Origin: Nostoc sp. DedSLP01
Lineage (GTDB): Bacteria > Cyanobacteriota > Cyanobacteriia > Cyanobacteriales > Nostocaceae
Length of the DNA stretch: 51,226 bases
Assembly (NCBI GenBank): GCA_034530875.2
Contig: JAVRCJ020000048.1
Span: 1 to 51,226 of the forward strand
Reading direction: 5' to 3'
The translations under genes were made by a program, and so were the position numbers. This document shows, in pieces, positions 1 through 11,525 of the stretch (its first letter is position 1; the number at the start of each line of letters is the position of its first letter). The notes beneath the pieces were generated by a model. That model made no database searches and had not been told where the DNA came from. It worked only from the letters and a program-made list of their open reading frames with translations.

Positions 1-77
1 CACCCAATTTTTTCAAGGGTTATGTGCCTCCTAAACCTTTATCTGGCGGGGTCTAGAGGCGATTGTCGCCCCTTGAA
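1..77. mobile_element. Probable end of an insertion sequence interrupting the response regulator gene
   Basis: In-frame translation of 1-78 does not resemble a receiver domain, while homology starts abruptly at ACT AAG ACC CAA (79). An 8-bp inverted repeat lies at TTCAAGGG (12-19) / CCCTTGAA (70-77). No transposase is in the window. Confidence 0.45.
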
Positions 78-507
78 CACTAAGACCCAAGAAAGAATTT
101 TGGGTTATCAGTCGGGGTGCGATTTATACTTGCCCAAACCTTTTGAATTGGAAGAGTTAGCAGCGGCAATCCGCAATCTCTTGGAGCGATCGCAAATCAT
201 TCAATCGGAGTACCGCTTTTCTCATAAAGATGATTTGGACATTTCCACTTCTACAAAAACGGTGGACGCTCCTAACTCTTTGTCTACTCAAATCCAGAAA
301 TCCCAGTTGCAGTCATCTCTAACCCATAGAGAACAGGAAGTTTTAGAACTATTAACTCACGGTCTTTCTAATGCTGAGATGGGTAATCAACTACATCTGA
401 GTCCTCGAACAGTGGAAAAGTACGTTAGCAGCTTACTGAGAAAAACTTCAACCAGCAACCGAGCAGAACTAGTCCGTTTTGCAATTAAGCATGGTCTAGT
501 TGAATAA
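78..507 (+). pseudogene. 3' part of a NarL/LuxR-family response regulator (end of receiver domain plus LuxR HTH), 5' part displaced
   Basis: GCDLYLPKPF receiver end and LTHREQEVLELLTHGLSNAEMG...SPRTVEKYVSSLLRK LuxR HTH; the N-terminal ~85 residues of the receiver are absent. Confidence 0.75.
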
Positions 508-642
508 AAGTGAGGAGTGAGAGTTAGGAGTGAGGAGTTAGAAGCGATAAATCAAGATTAAAGCCTTAAAAACTAGTAGTAAATACTGAAAAATTGAACT
601 TTCAACTCATAACTCCTGATTCCTAACTCATAACTCCTAACT
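508..642. repeat. Inverted 7-mer STRR tracts (GAGTTAG/GAGTGAG vs TAACTCC/TAACTCA) between convergent genes; possible terminator
   Basis: Heptamer tandem repeats in opposite orientation. Confidence 0.7.
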
Positions 643-1128
643 TTAAATTATTGATTTTTGGTTGCTCGCGTAGACGAGCAGACCTTGACAAGCATCAATT
701 AGTAAATCAATTACCTCATTAAATCCCTCTTCCCCACCATAATAGGGGTCTGGAACTTCTTTGAGGCTGTGTTGAGAGCAAAAATCGCACATCAAACGGA
801 CTTTGTGGTGATACTGCCCAGTTGGATCGAGAGTCAGAATATCGTCATAATTCTCTCGATCCATCGCCAAAATTAAATCAAAATCTTGAAAGTCCGATTT
901 TTGAAATTGGCGTGCGCGACCGCGGAGTTTTATTCCTAGCTTTGTCGCAGCGGCAGTACTCATGCGTCTGTCAGGTGGGCTACCTATGTGATAGCTAGAT
1001 GTACCAGCAGAGTCACAGATAATGTGTTCGCTCAAGTCAGACTGCTCGATTAGGTAATTCATGATATTTTCTGCCGATGGCGATCGGCAGATGTTACCTA
1101 AGCAGACAAACAAAAGTTTGTAAGGCAT
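643..1128 (-). CDS. Low molecular weight phosphotyrosine protein phosphatase
   Basis: CLGNICRS active site and DPYYG motif. Confidence 0.95.
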   Translation of the reverse strand: MPYKLLFVCLGNICRSPSAENIMNYLIEQSDLSEHIICDSAGTSSYHIGSPPDRRMSTAAATKLGIKLRGRARQFQKSDFQDFDLILAMDRENYDDILTLDPTGQYHHKVRLMCDFCSQHSLKEVPDPYYGGEEGFNEVIDLLIDACQGLLVYASNQKSII

Positions 1129-1228
1129 AAATATTTGTTGTCCTTAGCCCTTAGTCTTTAGCTTTTGTCATTTTTCCTTAGTCTTTTGTTTTTATATTGT
1201 TTGCCTAAAACTAATGACCAATGACTAC

Positions 1229-1259
1229 TGTACAGACAAGGGTTAATCGCGTCTCTACT
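1229..1259. repeat. GTAG-type REP-like small dispersed repeat, identical to 21080-21110
   Basis: TGTACAGACAAGGGTTAATCGCGTCTCTACT occurs twice in the window (31/31). Confidence 0.8.
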
Positions 1260-1271
1260 AATGACCTCTGA

Positions 1272-1622
1272 CTATTGAAATCCAGGAAGCTCAAGCCCGC
1301 TAGTCAAGTCTTCCATGCGTTCCCGCATTGTTGTTGTGGACTTGTTATAGGCTTCTTTCATTGCCGCTGTTACAAGATCGGAAAGTACTTCTGCACCTTC
1401 TCCTAAAGCATCTGGAGAAATTTCTACCCGCTTGGGTTCTTGGTTACCACTGACGATTACCTTGACCAGTCCACCGCCAGATTCTCCTTGAATTTCCATT
1501 TGCTCCAATTCTTCTTGGAGTCGCTTTGCGCCTTCTTGAACTTGCTGTGCTTTTTTAAAAGCTTCAGCTAATTCTTTCATTTTTCCCAAGCCAAAGCCGA
1601 ATCCTTGTCCTTTACCTGTCAT
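1272..1622 (-). CDS. YbaB/EbfC family nucleoid-associated protein
   Basis: KKAQQVQE...[14 protein letters not shown]...[10 protein letters not shown] family pattern. Confidence 0.92.
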   Translation of the reverse strand: MTGKGQGFGFGLGKMKELAEAFKKAQQVQEGAKRLQEELEQMEIQGESGGGLVKVIVSGNQEPKRVEISPDALGEGAEVLSDLVTAAMKEAYNKSTTTMRERMEDLTSGLELPGFQ

Positions 1623-1832
1623 AATTGGTTTTACGCGTGTGCGTTGAATAACAAATCAAATTCAATTATAGATGCGGTAAGTAATTTGCCTCTTTTTTTA
1701 CCAATAATTAATCCATTCGGCAATAGAGAGTAGGGAATAGGGAGTTTGAGAAGGGTGGGGTAAAATTTTCTCCCCATCTTCCTATCCTCTTCATCTCCCC
1801 ATTCCCTATTCCCGATTCCCCACTTCCCATTC

Positions 1833-2834
1833 CTATCCACAAGCCGGTTGAAAATCTCCAAGCATTTTGACTTCTGGCTCTAAGCGAATAGACCAACGTT
1901 CTTGCACTTGATTTTGGATGTGACGAATCAGACAGAAGATATCATTAGCTTTTGCCCCGCCACGGTTGACGATGAAGTTGGCGTGGAGTTGTGCTACTTG
2001 CGCTCCACCAATTTGGTAGCCTTTGAGGCCAGTTTGTTCGATTAACCAGCCGGCGGTGTAAGGTTTGGGATTGCGGAAGACGCTACCACAACTGGGAAAG
2101 TTATATGGTTGAGTGGTTAGCCGATGTTTTTTGTGTTCTTTGGTGATTGCTGCAACTTTTGCTGGATCTGCACCTGGTCTAAGCTGGAAAGTCGCTTGGG
2201 TAACTATGCGATCGCCACCTTGCAATAATGAAGTCCGGTAGGTATAACCTAGTTGCTCGGGGGTAACGGTTTCCAGCGTCCCATCGGGTGAAAGAACTTG
2301 GGCGCTAACTAACATATCTGCGATACAGCTACTATGTGCCCCTGCATTCATTACCACAGCCCCTCCGACTGTGCCAGGGATGCCAACAGCCCATTCCAAT
2401 CCTTCCCATCCTAATGATGCGGCTTCCCATGCTAAGCTGGGAATTGATTCTCCAGCGGCAACGGTTAATTGCCCTGTTTCGTGGTCAAAGTGGCTGAAGC
2501 GGAGATGACGAGTGGCAATCACTAACCCTGATATGCCGCGATCGCTCACTAGCAAGTTAGAACCTGCTCCTAATGTTGTGACTTTTAGCTCGCGCTCTTT
2601 TGCGTATTTCAAACTTGCTTGCAGTGCTTCTAAGTTTCGCGGGGCAACATACCATTGGGCTGCTCCCCCAACTCTATAGGAAGTAAATGCTGATAAGCAA
2701 GCTTGGGGCTTGATTACACAATCAGTATTGGGTAGGTAAATTACCTCGTTTTCCACCGAATTAGCTGTTTGTTGTTTCTTTGTATTCAAAGCAGAAGCTG
2801 CGCAGACGTTTCCAACTGCCTGGGAAATGGTCAT
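1833..2834 (-). CDS. murB: UDP-N-acetylenolpyruvoylglucosamine reductase
   Basis: [38 protein letters not shown] motifs; adjacent to murC. Confidence 0.97.
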   Translation of the reverse strand: MTISQAVGNVCAASALNTKKQQTANSVENEVIYLPNTDCVIKPQACLSAFTSYRVGGAAQWYVAPRNLEALQASLKYAKERELKVTTLGAGSNLLVSDRGISGLVIATRHLRFSHFDHETGQLTVAAGESIPSLAWEAASLGWEGLEWAVGIPGTVGGAVVMNAGAHSSCIADMLVSAQVLSPDGTLETVTPEQLGYTYRTSLLQGGDRIVTQATFQLRPGADPAKVAAITKEHKKHRLTTQPYNFPSCGSVFRNPKPYTAGWLIEQTGLKGYQIGGAQVAQLHANFIVNRGGAKANDIFCLIRHIQNQVQERWSIRLEPEVKMLGDFQPACG

Positions 2835-2957
2835 TTTTACTTTTTATTGGTAAATTTTTTACATTTATTTACCGTAAAACTACGGTATTAGACTTAACAT
2901 CAAACCGTTATCAAAGGGGTACTTTGGTCAGAAAATGGAACTTTGCAAAGTCCCCGC

Positions 2958-4418
2958 TTAGGATGTGGCTTTAGCAGGCTCACGCAATGTTGCAATTATT
3001 TCAGGAATAATTTGATTTAAGTTTCCAGCACCCAAAAACAGCGCCAAGTCTCCTGAGCGCAGTGTTTGTAGCAGGAACTCGCGGACTGAGGATAAAGATG
3101 GTTGATAAACTACCTGAGAATGTTGCTTGGCAATTTCCGCTGTTAGATGCTCGCCAGTGATTTGCCCTAAATTGGGTTCGCCTGCACTGTAAATATCAGT
3201 CAGCACAACCAAATCAGCATGGCCAAAAGACTGGGCAAATTCTTCTAAAAAGGTAAGTGTACGGCTATAGCGATGGGGCTGGAAGATGGCAACCACTCTT
3301 TGTCCCGGTCTTGCCTGTAGACGTGCTGCGGCCAGAGTAGCGCGAATCTCAGTGGGATGATGAGCATAGTCATCGATGAATGTAATACCATCGACTTCGC
3401 CCCGGAACTCAAAGCGGCGTCTCGACCCTTCAAAGGTGGCGATTCCTTTGGCAATTTCTCCAAACTCTAAGCCCAGTACACGACCAACAGCCACTGCTGC
3501 TAGGGCATTACTGAGATTGTGCCGACTCAGCAACCGCAAGTTTAAGACACCTAAGGCTTTGCCTCTTTCCCAAACTAAAGCTGTGGTGCCATCAGCACGA
3601 TAGTCAATATTAGTAACAGTGTAGTCAGCATCGCTATCTGAGTGTAAGCTGTAGCTGATTGTTGGTTGCAAGCGATCGCGGACTGTAGCACAGTCAATAC
3701 TACCTATTAAAGTTTTGCAACCTTTGGCAAATGTCTTGAAGGTTTCAACTACTTCATCTAATGTGTCGTAGTGGTCGGGATGATCGAGTTCAATATTGGT
3801 AATGATGCCAATTTCTGGAGCGTGTTTTACTAAAGAACCATCTGATTCATCTGCTTCGGCTACCAAATATTGGCTTTGTCCCAGTCGAGCATTACCTTCC
3901 CAAGCATTGACTTCACCACCCACTAAAATGGTTGGGTCTAGACCTGCTTGCAGTAACATATAACCAATCATGCTACTAGTTGTAGTTTTGCCGTGGGTTC
4001 CTGCGACCGCAATACTATAATAATCAGCAATCAAGGCTGCTAGTACATCCGAGCGATGTAAAATTGGACAACCTAATTCCAGAGCTGCTTTGTATTCTAA
4101 ATTATTAGTGTTAATTGCTGTTGAACAAATAACTTGAGGCAGTTTTGAGTTAGTAGTAGCAGCTAATTTTTCTGATGAATTTGATGCTACGACGTTAGAT
4201 TCCTGGGGACGAAAGAATTCGAGATTACTTGCCTCTTGTTTGCCAAAAATATGAGCGCCGATAGATTCCAACTTGTGCGTAATATGGTTGGGACGTAGAT
4301 CCGAACCTGATACTGGAAATTGACGCTTAGCGAGAACGTATGCCAGAGCAGACATACCTATTCCGCCGATGCCGATGAAATGAAATGGTCTACCACCAAA
4401 GTCTACAGAATTACTCAT
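2958..4418 (-). CDS. murC: UDP-N-acetylmuramate--L-alanine ligase
   Basis: HFIGIGGIGMS, GTHGKTTT, EADESDG, DDYAHHP, FQPHRYSR. Confidence 0.98.
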   Translation of the reverse strand: MSNSVDFGGRPFHFIGIGGIGMSALAYVLAKRQFPVSGSDLRPNHITHKLESIGAHIFGKQEASNLEFFRPQESNVVASNSSEKLAATTNSKLPQVICSTAINTNNLEYKAALELGCPILHRSDVLAALIADYYSIAVAGTHGKTTTSSMIGYMLLQAGLDPTILVGGEVNAWEGNARLGQSQYLVAEADESDGSLVKHAPEIGIITNIELDHPDHYDTLDEVVETFKTFAKGCKTLIGSIDCATVRDRLQPTISYSLHSDSDADYTVTNIDYRADGTTALVWERGKALGVLNLRLLSRHNLSNALAAVAVGRVLGLEFGEIAKGIATFEGSRRRFEFRGEVDGITFIDDYAHHPTEIRATLAAARLQARPGQRVVAIFQPHRYSRTLTFLEEFAQSFGHADLVVLTDIYSAGEPNLGQITGEHLTAEIAKQHSQVVYQPSLSSVREFLLQTLRSGDLALFLGAGNLNQIIPEIIATLREPAKATS

Positions 4419-4823
4419 TTATTGTTCCTCTTACACCACACCACACCATAAATCACAAATGACACGCGTATCATAACAGGAATTTGATTTTTACCATAAT
4501 TAATCCTGCGTTATATTCATGCCTAATGACCGGATAAGTTTTCTGCTCTGGTTTTGCGAGTTGAGAATGATTTTACCTTGGTTGGAGGTTTTTGCTAATT
4601 CTGAACTGTTCTTAAATTTATTCGCAAAATTTTGGCTGCATCGGGACAGAAATTCTTGTAATGACAAATACATAATTTTAGCTACCTTACTGTAATTGGC
4701 TACGATATTAGATTGTTAGTGAAAACGATTTTAAATTGCATCAAGTCTACTTTGAGAATTGGGTACAATAGTACATTGGAAATGAAACTTTTTTGCAATT
4801 GCATAAAACCCAGGCGTAACTGG

Positions 4824-5444
4824 ATGCAACGACTAGGAATTTTTGGCGGTACATTCAATCCGATTCATTTGGGACACTTGCTTGTAGCCGAGACAGCTTT
4901 GCATCAAGTATCTCTGGAAAAGGTGATTTGGGTACCATCTTTAAATCCCCCGCACAAAGAAGCAACTTTGTTTGAGCATCGCGTAGAAATGCTGCAATTA
5001 GCTATAAAAGATAACCCAGCGTTTACTATCTCACTAGTGGAGGGAAAACGTTCTGGGACTTCCTATGCCATTAACACCCTGATTGACTTATCTGCTTGTT
5101 ACCCAAATACTCACTGGTACTGGATTGTTGGCTTGGATGCTTTCCAAACCTTACCCCGTTGGTATCGTGGACGCGAACTAGCACACATGTGTGACTGGTT
5201 AATCGCACCCCGACTGCTAGGTGGTGAGAATATAACTCAAAGCGAGTTAATCTGCAAGCAACTCAAGGAACAATTAAACGAACATTCACTTACCACTATT
5301 GATTGGCAATTCCTGGATATACCTTTAATAGGAGTTTCGTCAAGTCTAATTCGGAAATTTTGCCGTTCTCGTCACTCAATTCGCTATCTAGTCCCAGAAT
5401 CAGTCAGATCTTATATTGCTAACAATAATCTTTACTCGAAATAA
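4824..5444 (+). CDS. nadD: Nicotinate-nucleotide adenylyltransferase
   Basis: GIFGGTFNPIHLGH (HxGH) and SSSLIR motifs; start placed at ATG 4824. Confidence 0.93.
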   Translation: MQRLGIFGGTFNPIHLGHLLVAETALHQVSLEKVIWVPSLNPPHKEATLFEHRVEMLQLAIKDNPAFTISLVEGKRSGTSYAINTLIDLSACYPNTHWYWIVGLDAFQTLPRWYRGRELAHMCDWLIAPRLLGGENITQSELICKQLKEQLNEHSLTTIDWQFLDIPLIGVSSSLIRKFCRSRHSIRYLVPESVRSYIANNNLYSK

Positions 5445-5569
5445 TCTGAATAAATTATGTGTTTTTTTATTGATCTAACACTTTATGGTTATAAGCGATC
5501 GCCCCCTTTGCGATATGATTGGGGTCAACGACATCAACATATAGGCATAAATACAGAGGGCAAGACACT

Positions 5570-6583
5570 GTGATTAGAGTTGCAATCAACGGTTTTGGGC
5601 GTATTGGACGTAACTTTGCACGTTGTTGGGTAGGTAGAGAGAATAGCAACATTGACCTTGTAGCCATCAATGACACATCAGATCCTAGAACCAATGCTCA
5701 CCTGCTAAAATACGACTCAATGCTAGGTAAGTTAAAGGATGTTGACATTACAGCTGATGATAATTCCATCATCATTAACGGTAAGACCGTTAAGTGCGTA
5801 TCCGATCGCAATCCAGAAAACTTGCCCTGGAAAGAGTGGGAAATTGACCTAATTATCGAAGCAACTGGGGTATTTACCAGCAAAGAAGGAGCGCTCAAGC
5901 ATGTGAATGCTGGAGCCAAAAAGGTTCTGATTACTGCTCCTGGAAAAAATGAGGATGGCACCTTTGTGGTTGGTGTGAATCATCATGATTATGACCACAA
6001 CGTACACCACATTATCAGTAACGCCAGCTGTACTACCAACTGCTTGGCTCCCATTGCCAAAGTGTTGAATGAAAAATTTGGCATCATCAAGGGTACGATG
6101 ACCACCACCCATAGCTATACAGGTGACCAGCGCTTATTAGACGCTTCTCACCGGGATTTGCGACGGGCTAGAGCTGCTGCCATCAACATTGTACCGACCT
6201 CTACTGGTGCGGCAAAAGCTGTGGCACTGGTAATCCCAGACCTAAAAGGCAAACTTAATGGTGTTGCCTTACGCGTGCCAACTCCGAACGTTTCAATGGT
6301 AGATTTCGTAGTTCAAGTTGAGAAGCGTACTATTACTGAAGAAGTTAATCAAGCCCTTAAAGATGCCTCTGAAGGCCCACTTAAAGGCATTTTGGACTAC
6401 AGCGAACTACAACTAGTTTCGTCAGATTATCAAGGTACTGACGCTTCATCAATTGTTGATGCCAGCTTGACTTTGGTTATGGGCAATGACTTAGTAAAAG
6501 TCATGGCTTGGTATGACAACGAGTGGGGTTACAGCCAACGAGTCTTAGATTTGGCGGAATTAGTAGCTGAGAAGTGGCAATAA
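5570..6583 (+). CDS. gap2: Glyceraldehyde-3-phosphate dehydrogenase, NAD(P)-dependent Calvin-cycle type
   Basis: [48 protein letters not shown] start at 5570. Confidence 0.95.
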   Translation: MIRVAINGFGRIGRNFARCWVGRENSNIDLVAINDTSDPRTNAHLLKYDSMLGKLKDVDITADDNSIIINGKTVKCVSDRNPENLPWKEWEIDLIIEATGVFTSKEGALKHVNAGAKKVLITAPGKNEDGTFVVGVNHHDYDHNVHHIISNASCTTNCLAPIAKVLNEKFGIIKGTMTTTHSYTGDQRLLDASHRDLRRARAAAINIVPTSTGAAKAVALVIPDLKGKLNGVALRVPTPNVSMVDFVVQVEKRTITEEVNQALKDASEGPLKGILDYSELQLVSSDYQGTDASSIVDASLTLVMGNDLVKVMAWYDNEWGYSQRVLDLAELVAEKWQ

Positions 6584-6659
6584 ATTGAGCCATTAGTTAT
6601 TGGTTATTAGTCATTAGTCATTAGTCATTGGTTTTAGGCAAATAACTAAAGGCAAAAAA

Positions 6660-7658
6660 CTAATCGCCAAAATGTTGAAATCCCCGGCTAAGAGTGAGAA
6701 CTTGGTCGGGGAATTTTTTTTGTTCGTCGTGCAATAGTATTGTTGAACCTGGTGTAATTGTGCCAACGATCGCAGCACTTCCACCAAGATGTTTTACTAA
6801 AGCTAATGCTGACTCTTGTGGCAAGCACAGCACTAATTCAAAGTCTTCGCCACCGTATAGAGCGTATTCCAATGCTTGCTCTGGTGTTAGCCAATGGTTA
6901 AAAGCTGAAGGTATTGGAATTTGTCTGAGTTCTAAGACCGCACCAACACCACTGGCGCGACAAATTTGGATGACAGCATCCGCCAAACCGTCGCTGCTAT
7001 CCATACCAGCAATGGGCATTGGCGATGGTATGATTTTTTCGAGGATGGGTAAGACATCTAATCGTGGCTGGGGACGTTGATGTGCGGCGATTAGAGCCGT
7101 CTTTTCTTCATCTTTGAGGGTTTGCCCTAGTTCGGGATGCAAGAGCAATTCTAAGCCAGCATGGGAGGCTCCGTGAACGCCTGTAACGACGATCGCATTG
7201 CCGACAAGACCAGTAGAACGGCGGATAATTCGAGTGGGGAGAACTTGACCAAAAGCGGTAATTGCCACAGTTGTTACAGGCGATCGCACTATATCACCGC
7301 CGACAATTGGGGTATTGTATTGTTGCAGGCATTGTGTCATTCCCTGGTATAAGCTTTCCACCCAATTCACGCTCAAATCTCCAGGAAGCCCCAGTCCGAC
7401 GGCGATCCCCAAGGGAGAAGCACCCATCGCTGCTAAATCTGACAAGTTAGCAGCCGCCGCACGCCAACCTGCATCTTCTGGGGAAGTGGTGAGTTCGCTA
7501 AAATGCACGCTATCAACTAGCACATCTGTGGTAACCACTAGAGATTGCTCTGGTGCTGTAACTAATACTGCCGCATCATCGCCAATAATTTCTGCTGGAC
7601 AGAAACGGTGCAATCTTTCTAGAAGGCCTTGTTCGCCAATATCTTTGACTTTAGTCAT
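6660..7658 (-). CDS. thiL: Thiamine-monophosphate kinase
   Basis: IGDDAA, NLSDLAAMGA, VGGD, MDSSDGL, GGEDFEL. Confidence 0.96.
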   Translation of the reverse strand: MTKVKDIGEQGLLERLHRFCPAEIIGDDAAVLVTAPEQSLVVTTDVLVDSVHFSELTTSPEDAGWRAAAANLSDLAAMGASPLGIAVGLGLPGDLSVNWVESLYQGMTQCLQQYNTPIVGGDIVRSPVTTVAITAFGQVLPTRIIRRSTGLVGNAIVVTGVHGASHAGLELLLHPELGQTLKDEEKTALIAAHQRPQPRLDVLPILEKIIPSPMPIAGMDSSDGLADAVIQICRASGVGAVLELRQIPIPSAFNHWLTPEQALEYALYGGEDFELVLCLPQESALALVKHLGGSAAIVGTITPGSTILLHDEQKKFPDQVLTLSRGFQHFGD

Positions 7659-7798
7659 TAGTCATTAGTCATTAGTCATTGGGTATGGGAAGAGAATGGA
7701 GCAAGAAGAGAGGTGTGGGAAGAAATCTTTCCCCCCTAGTCCCTACACTCCCCACACTTCCCCATCTCCCCAGTTCCCCAGTTTCCAGTCCCTCATCT

Positions 7799-8905
7799 TT
7801 ACACTGCTTGCGGTTCAACCAGGTTTTCTATTCCTTGGACTACTGTTGCTGATTCAATTTTGTCACCAGCCTTGAGTTTATCCAAAACTTCTTTGCCTTC
7901 AGTGAGATAGCCAAAAACAGCATAACGACCATCTAATAGGTTGCGTCCGGCGGGAGTAAGTTCTGGTTCAAACAGAAAGAAGAAAAATTGCGAAGAACCT
8001 CCATTCACTTCACTTTCGGGACGAGCCATAACTACTGCACCAAAAGCAGAAAAAGGTAGAACTGGCATATCAATGTAACGACCAGCTTCTTCTAAGGTGA
8101 TGCCATAAGTTGGCTCTTTGTCGCCTTCAACCAAGATTTCTAAAGGAATGGCGCGGTATTTGCCTGTGTTTGGGTCAATGAAACCCACTTCTTTTCCTGC
8201 TGGATCTCCAGTTTGCAGAAAGTAAGATTCTTCAGAACGGGTAAATTCTAAGCCATTATAAAAACCCCTCTGCACTAAATCTATAAAATTACCAGCAGTG
8301 ACAGGGGCGCTGTAACCATCTACTACAACGGTGAGGTTGCCTTTGTTGGTTTTGAATTCGACGGTGGCACGACCTTTAAGCTGTGGCAGGTTGCTAAACT
8401 GGGCGGGGACTTCAAAGGGAAATTCCTTTACCATTGACTCTTCTAACTGAGTGATAAGATTCAACAGTTTTTTTCTCTGTTCCAAAATTTGTTGTTTATC
8501 TTTGCTGTTCGCCAATTCTTGCAGGTTAGCCACACCAGATTTTAACTCGTTAAGCCAAGCTTCTGCTTGGGGTTGGCGTTCTTCGGGAACACTTGCTAGT
8601 ATTTGGGAGGGTTTATCGAGAATCCGAGATGCTTGGCTAATATCTTTGGAAACAGAACCCCAGCGACGATTTGCCCGCAGTTGGGCAGAGATGTCTTCTA
8701 AACTGGCTTGTAGTTGCCGCACAGGTTTGTTATCTATCGGGAGTGCATACCGCAACAAAGCATTGCCGTCGGTAATTGCGTTGCCAGCTGGCAGGGCGGC
8801 GCTACTAGAGGGAGTCCACCCAGCTGTAGTTATGCCTAAAAATATTGTTACCAGCAGTATTGCCATTAGGCTGTTCTTCAGCCAGGATTTTAATAACTTA
8901 AGCAT
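7799..8905 (-). CDS. Cyclophilin-type peptidyl-prolyl isomerase, thylakoid-lumen CYP38/TLP40-like, with signal peptide
   Basis: Hydrophobic leader, ALLRYALP helical domain, DGYSAPVTAGNF, GRYAVFGY. Confidence 0.9.
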   Translation of the reverse strand: MLKLLKSWLKNSLMAILLVTIFLGITTAGWTPSSSAALPAGNAITDGNALLRYALPIDNKPVRQLQASLEDISAQLRANRRWGSVSKDISQASRILDKPSQILASVPEERQPQAEAWLNELKSGVANLQELANSKDKQQILEQRKKLLNLITQLEESMVKEFPFEVPAQFSNLPQLKGRATVEFKTNKGNLTVVVDGYSAPVTAGNFIDLVQRGFYNGLEFTRSEESYFLQTGDPAGKEVGFIDPNTGKYRAIPLEILVEGDKEPTYGITLEEAGRYIDMPVLPFSAFGAVVMARPESEVNGGSSQFFFFLFEPELTPAGRNLLDGRYAVFGYLTEGKEVLDKLKAGDKIESATVVQGIENLVEPQAV

Positions 8906-9199
8906 GGAATAACTCAAATGCAGCATTGATATTGTTGACTTGACGTAAGCCATCAATAATCTTCCCACAGTAGGAGTGCTGAGTGTTGACTGTTAACTGG
9001 AGACTGGTGACTGGGGACTGAGGACTGGGAGTGCTGAATTAGGAGTTTTTCTTCCCCTGCTCCATGCCCCATGCCCTATGCCCCATACTTTATGCCTAAT
9101 AACTAATGACCAATGACCAATGACCAATGACTAAATAGCTAATTACTCCGCTTGAAGGGTACAATAAATGCCGATTGTCTTCCAAAACTTGAAAGTTTC

Positions 9200-9757
9200 A
9201 TGATCTCCAGCAACGATTTTCGACCTGGTGTCTCAATTGTATTAGATGGATCTGTATGGCGAGTAGTGGAATTCCTCCACGTTAAGCCAGGGAAAGGTTC
9301 TGCGTTTGTACGAACCAAACTGAAAAATGTTCAAAACGGCAGTGTGGTTGAAAGAACCTTCCGGGCTGGGGAAACTGTACCCCAAGCCACTTTAGAAAAA
9401 AGTACGATGCAGCATACCTATAAAGAAGGCGATGAGTTTGTCTTTATGGATATGGAAACTTATGAAGAAGGTAGATTAAGCGCTGCACAAATTGGCGATC
9501 GCGTAAAATACCTCAAAGAAGGTATGGAAGCGAACGTCATCCGTTGGGGCGAACAAGTACTTGAAGTGGAACTGCCTAATTCTGTGGTTTTAGAAGTTGT
9601 GCAAACAGATCCGGGTGTAAAAGGCGATACTGCTACAGGTGGTACTAAGCCGGCTACTCTCGAAACTGGTGCAACTGTAATGGTTCCTTTGTTTATTTCC
9701 CAAGGGGAACGTATCAAAATTGATACCCGTGATGATAAATATTTAGGCAGGGAATAA
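9200..9757 (+). CDS. efp: Translation elongation factor P
   Basis: [10 protein letters not shown] and [11 protein letters not shown]. Confidence 0.98.
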   Translation: MISSNDFRPGVSIVLDGSVWRVVEFLHVKPGKGSAFVRTKLKNVQNGSVVERTFRAGETVPQATLEKSTMQHTYKEGDEFVFMDMETYEEGRLSAAQIGDRVKYLKEGMEANVIRWGEQVLEVELPNSVVLEVVQTDPGVKGDTATGGTKPATLETGATVMVPLFISQGERIKIDTRDDKYLGRE

Positions 9758-9867
9758 GTTTGGATTCCAATCTCAAACAAATTCTGATTTAAATCCCTAA
9801 TTTAGGGATTAAATCCCTGCCACACTTAAAAATGCTAATTTACGGATAGGTCGAGGTAATAAAAACT

Positions 9868-10425
9868 GTGCCATTGGACTTTAATGAAATCCGCCAACTA
9901 CTGGCAACTATTGCGCAAACTGACATTGCAGAAGTCACACTTAAAAGCGATGACTTTGAACTGATAGTTCGTAAGGCTGTGAGCGTCAGCAATCATCTGT
10001 TGTCGGTAGGTCAAACAACCGTAGGCGGTGTGGTAGGTTCGGGCTTGCCATCGGGTTTACCTACAGCAAACCAGGTGGCTACAAGTCAGGTAACAGAGGT
10101 GGCAACAGGTCGGCTGTTTGACAATGCTGCAACTGGAGGGCAATTACAGTTGTCAGTTAATCCCCCCTCAACTATTGACCAGAGATTAGTAGAAGTGCCT
10201 TCTCCGATGGTGGGAACATTTTATCGCGCTCCTGCACCGGGTGAAGCACCATTCGTGGAAGTGGGCGATCGCGTCCGCAAGGGTCAAACAGTCTGTATCA
10301 TCGAAGCCATGAAGTTGATGAATGAAATCGAAGCCGAAGTCTCGGGGCAAGTGATGGAAATTCTCCTTCAAAATGGCGAACCAGTAGAATATGGTCAACC
10401 TTTGATGCGAATTAACCCTGATTAA
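9868..10425 (+). CDS. accB: Acetyl-CoA carboxylase biotin carboxyl carrier protein
   Basis: SPMVGTFY and EAMKLMNEI biotinylation motif; efp-accB linkage. Confidence 0.97.
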   Translation: MPLDFNEIRQLLATIAQTDIAEVTLKSDDFELIVRKAVSVSNHLLSVGQTTVGGVVGSGLPSGLPTANQVATSQVTEVATGRLFDNAATGGQLQLSVNPPSTIDQRLVEVPSPMVGTFYRAPAPGEAPFVEVGDRVRKGQTVCIIEAMKLMNEIEAEVSGQVMEILLQNGEPVEYGQPLMRINPD

Positions 10426-10487
10426 GTATTAATCTATATATCAAGTGAGTCATCCTTAAAACTTTCAATCCTTGCGGGTTAATCCTG

Positions 10488-10835
10488 ATGAAACAAACGT
10501 TGCCTTTACCACCAGAAGTAGTGCAACAAGTAGCTGAATACTTCGGCCTGCTAAGCGAGCCAATGCGCCTGCGGTTGCTACACTTACTGCGGGACGAAGA
10601 AAAATGCGTGCAAGAGTTGGTAGAGGCAACACAGACTTCTCAGGCAAATGTTTCCAAACACCTGAAGGTAATGTGGCAAGCAGGAATCCTCAGCCGCCGC
10701 AGTGAAGGAACTTGCGCCTATTATAGAGTAGAAGATGAAATGATTTTTGAGCTGTGTAATCGGGTTTGCGATCGCCTCGCCACAAGGTTAGAACAGCAAG
10801 CCCGTAACTTTCGCGTCTTAAATAGCAAACGGTAA
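10488..10835 (+). CDS. ArsR/SmtB family transcriptional regulator
   Basis: LSEPMRLRLL...SQANVSKHLK winged HTH. Confidence 0.92.
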   Translation: MKQTLPLPPEVVQQVAEYFGLLSEPMRLRLLHLLRDEEKCVQELVEATQTSQANVSKHLKVMWQAGILSRRSEGTCAYYRVEDEMIFELCNRVCDRLATRLEQQARNFRVLNSKR

Positions 10836-10913
10836 ATTTAAAAAGTTATGAGTTATGAGTTATGAGTTATGAGTTAAAACTCCTCACTCCTAACTTCTTA
10901 ACTCCTAACTTTT

Positions 10914-11525
10914 TTAAAGTGGATAATTTTTATCGAAGCTTTCACGAGTTAGCGGTTGTTGTAACTCTATACCTTCACCGCCCAAAAAATCCAAGGGTTT
11001 CCCGTTGACGTCAATGTAGACTTTGGCTTTTGGATTTAAAGTTGTCGCAGTGTAAACAACTTGCCCCACGCGACCTATCATTGAGGCGCTACCACCACCG
11101 CTAGTAAATTGTTCGGATAAATTAACGCGAACTTCATCGTTGTCGGCTTTGAGTCCTAATAATTTAGTTCCTTTGGGGATAGTTGTAGAATCTGTCCCTT
11201 CTGTTGGGCCTGCCAATAACCTCTCAAAAGCTGCTTCTAAAGCTTGGTTGGGTCGTACAGCTGCGACTTTCACAGAATGGGGAACCAAAGCAAGATTTTT
11301 TTCCTTTGGTCTGAGCCAATAAACGTTAGCACTTTGTTCGTTAGGTAAAGGCTGAGTTGTTGTCTGTGGTGGTTGGTCGATACGTTGAGATGGTTTTGAC
11401 GGTGTAGGAGTATTATGTAAAGTTAACCAAGCCACGCCGCCACCTACCGCTACAACTGCTGCTGCGACAGCTGCAATTACGCCTGAAGAAATACGATTAG
11501 ATCCTTGTTGGTCTTTCATGTTCAA
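10914..11525 (-). CDS. GerMN domain membrane-anchored protein
   Basis: N-terminal TM helix; LLAGPT...IPKGTKLL...VNLS...QVVYTAT. Confidence 0.88.
   Translation of the reverse strand: MNMKDQQGSNRISSGVIAAVAAAVVAVGGGVAWLTLHNTPTPSKPSQRIDQPPQTTTQPLPNEQSANVYWLRPKEKNLALVPHSVKVAAVRPNQALEAAFERLLAGPTEGTDSTTIPKGTKLLGLKADNDEVRVNLSEQFTSGGGSASMIGRVGQVVYTATTLNPKAKVYIDVNGKPLDFLGGEGIELQQPLTRESFDKNYPL

Noticed and set aside
1631..1896. Short ORFs rich in WGIGNRE-type sequence (also 18753-19010)
   Set aside because: They are translations of heptamer STRR tracts.
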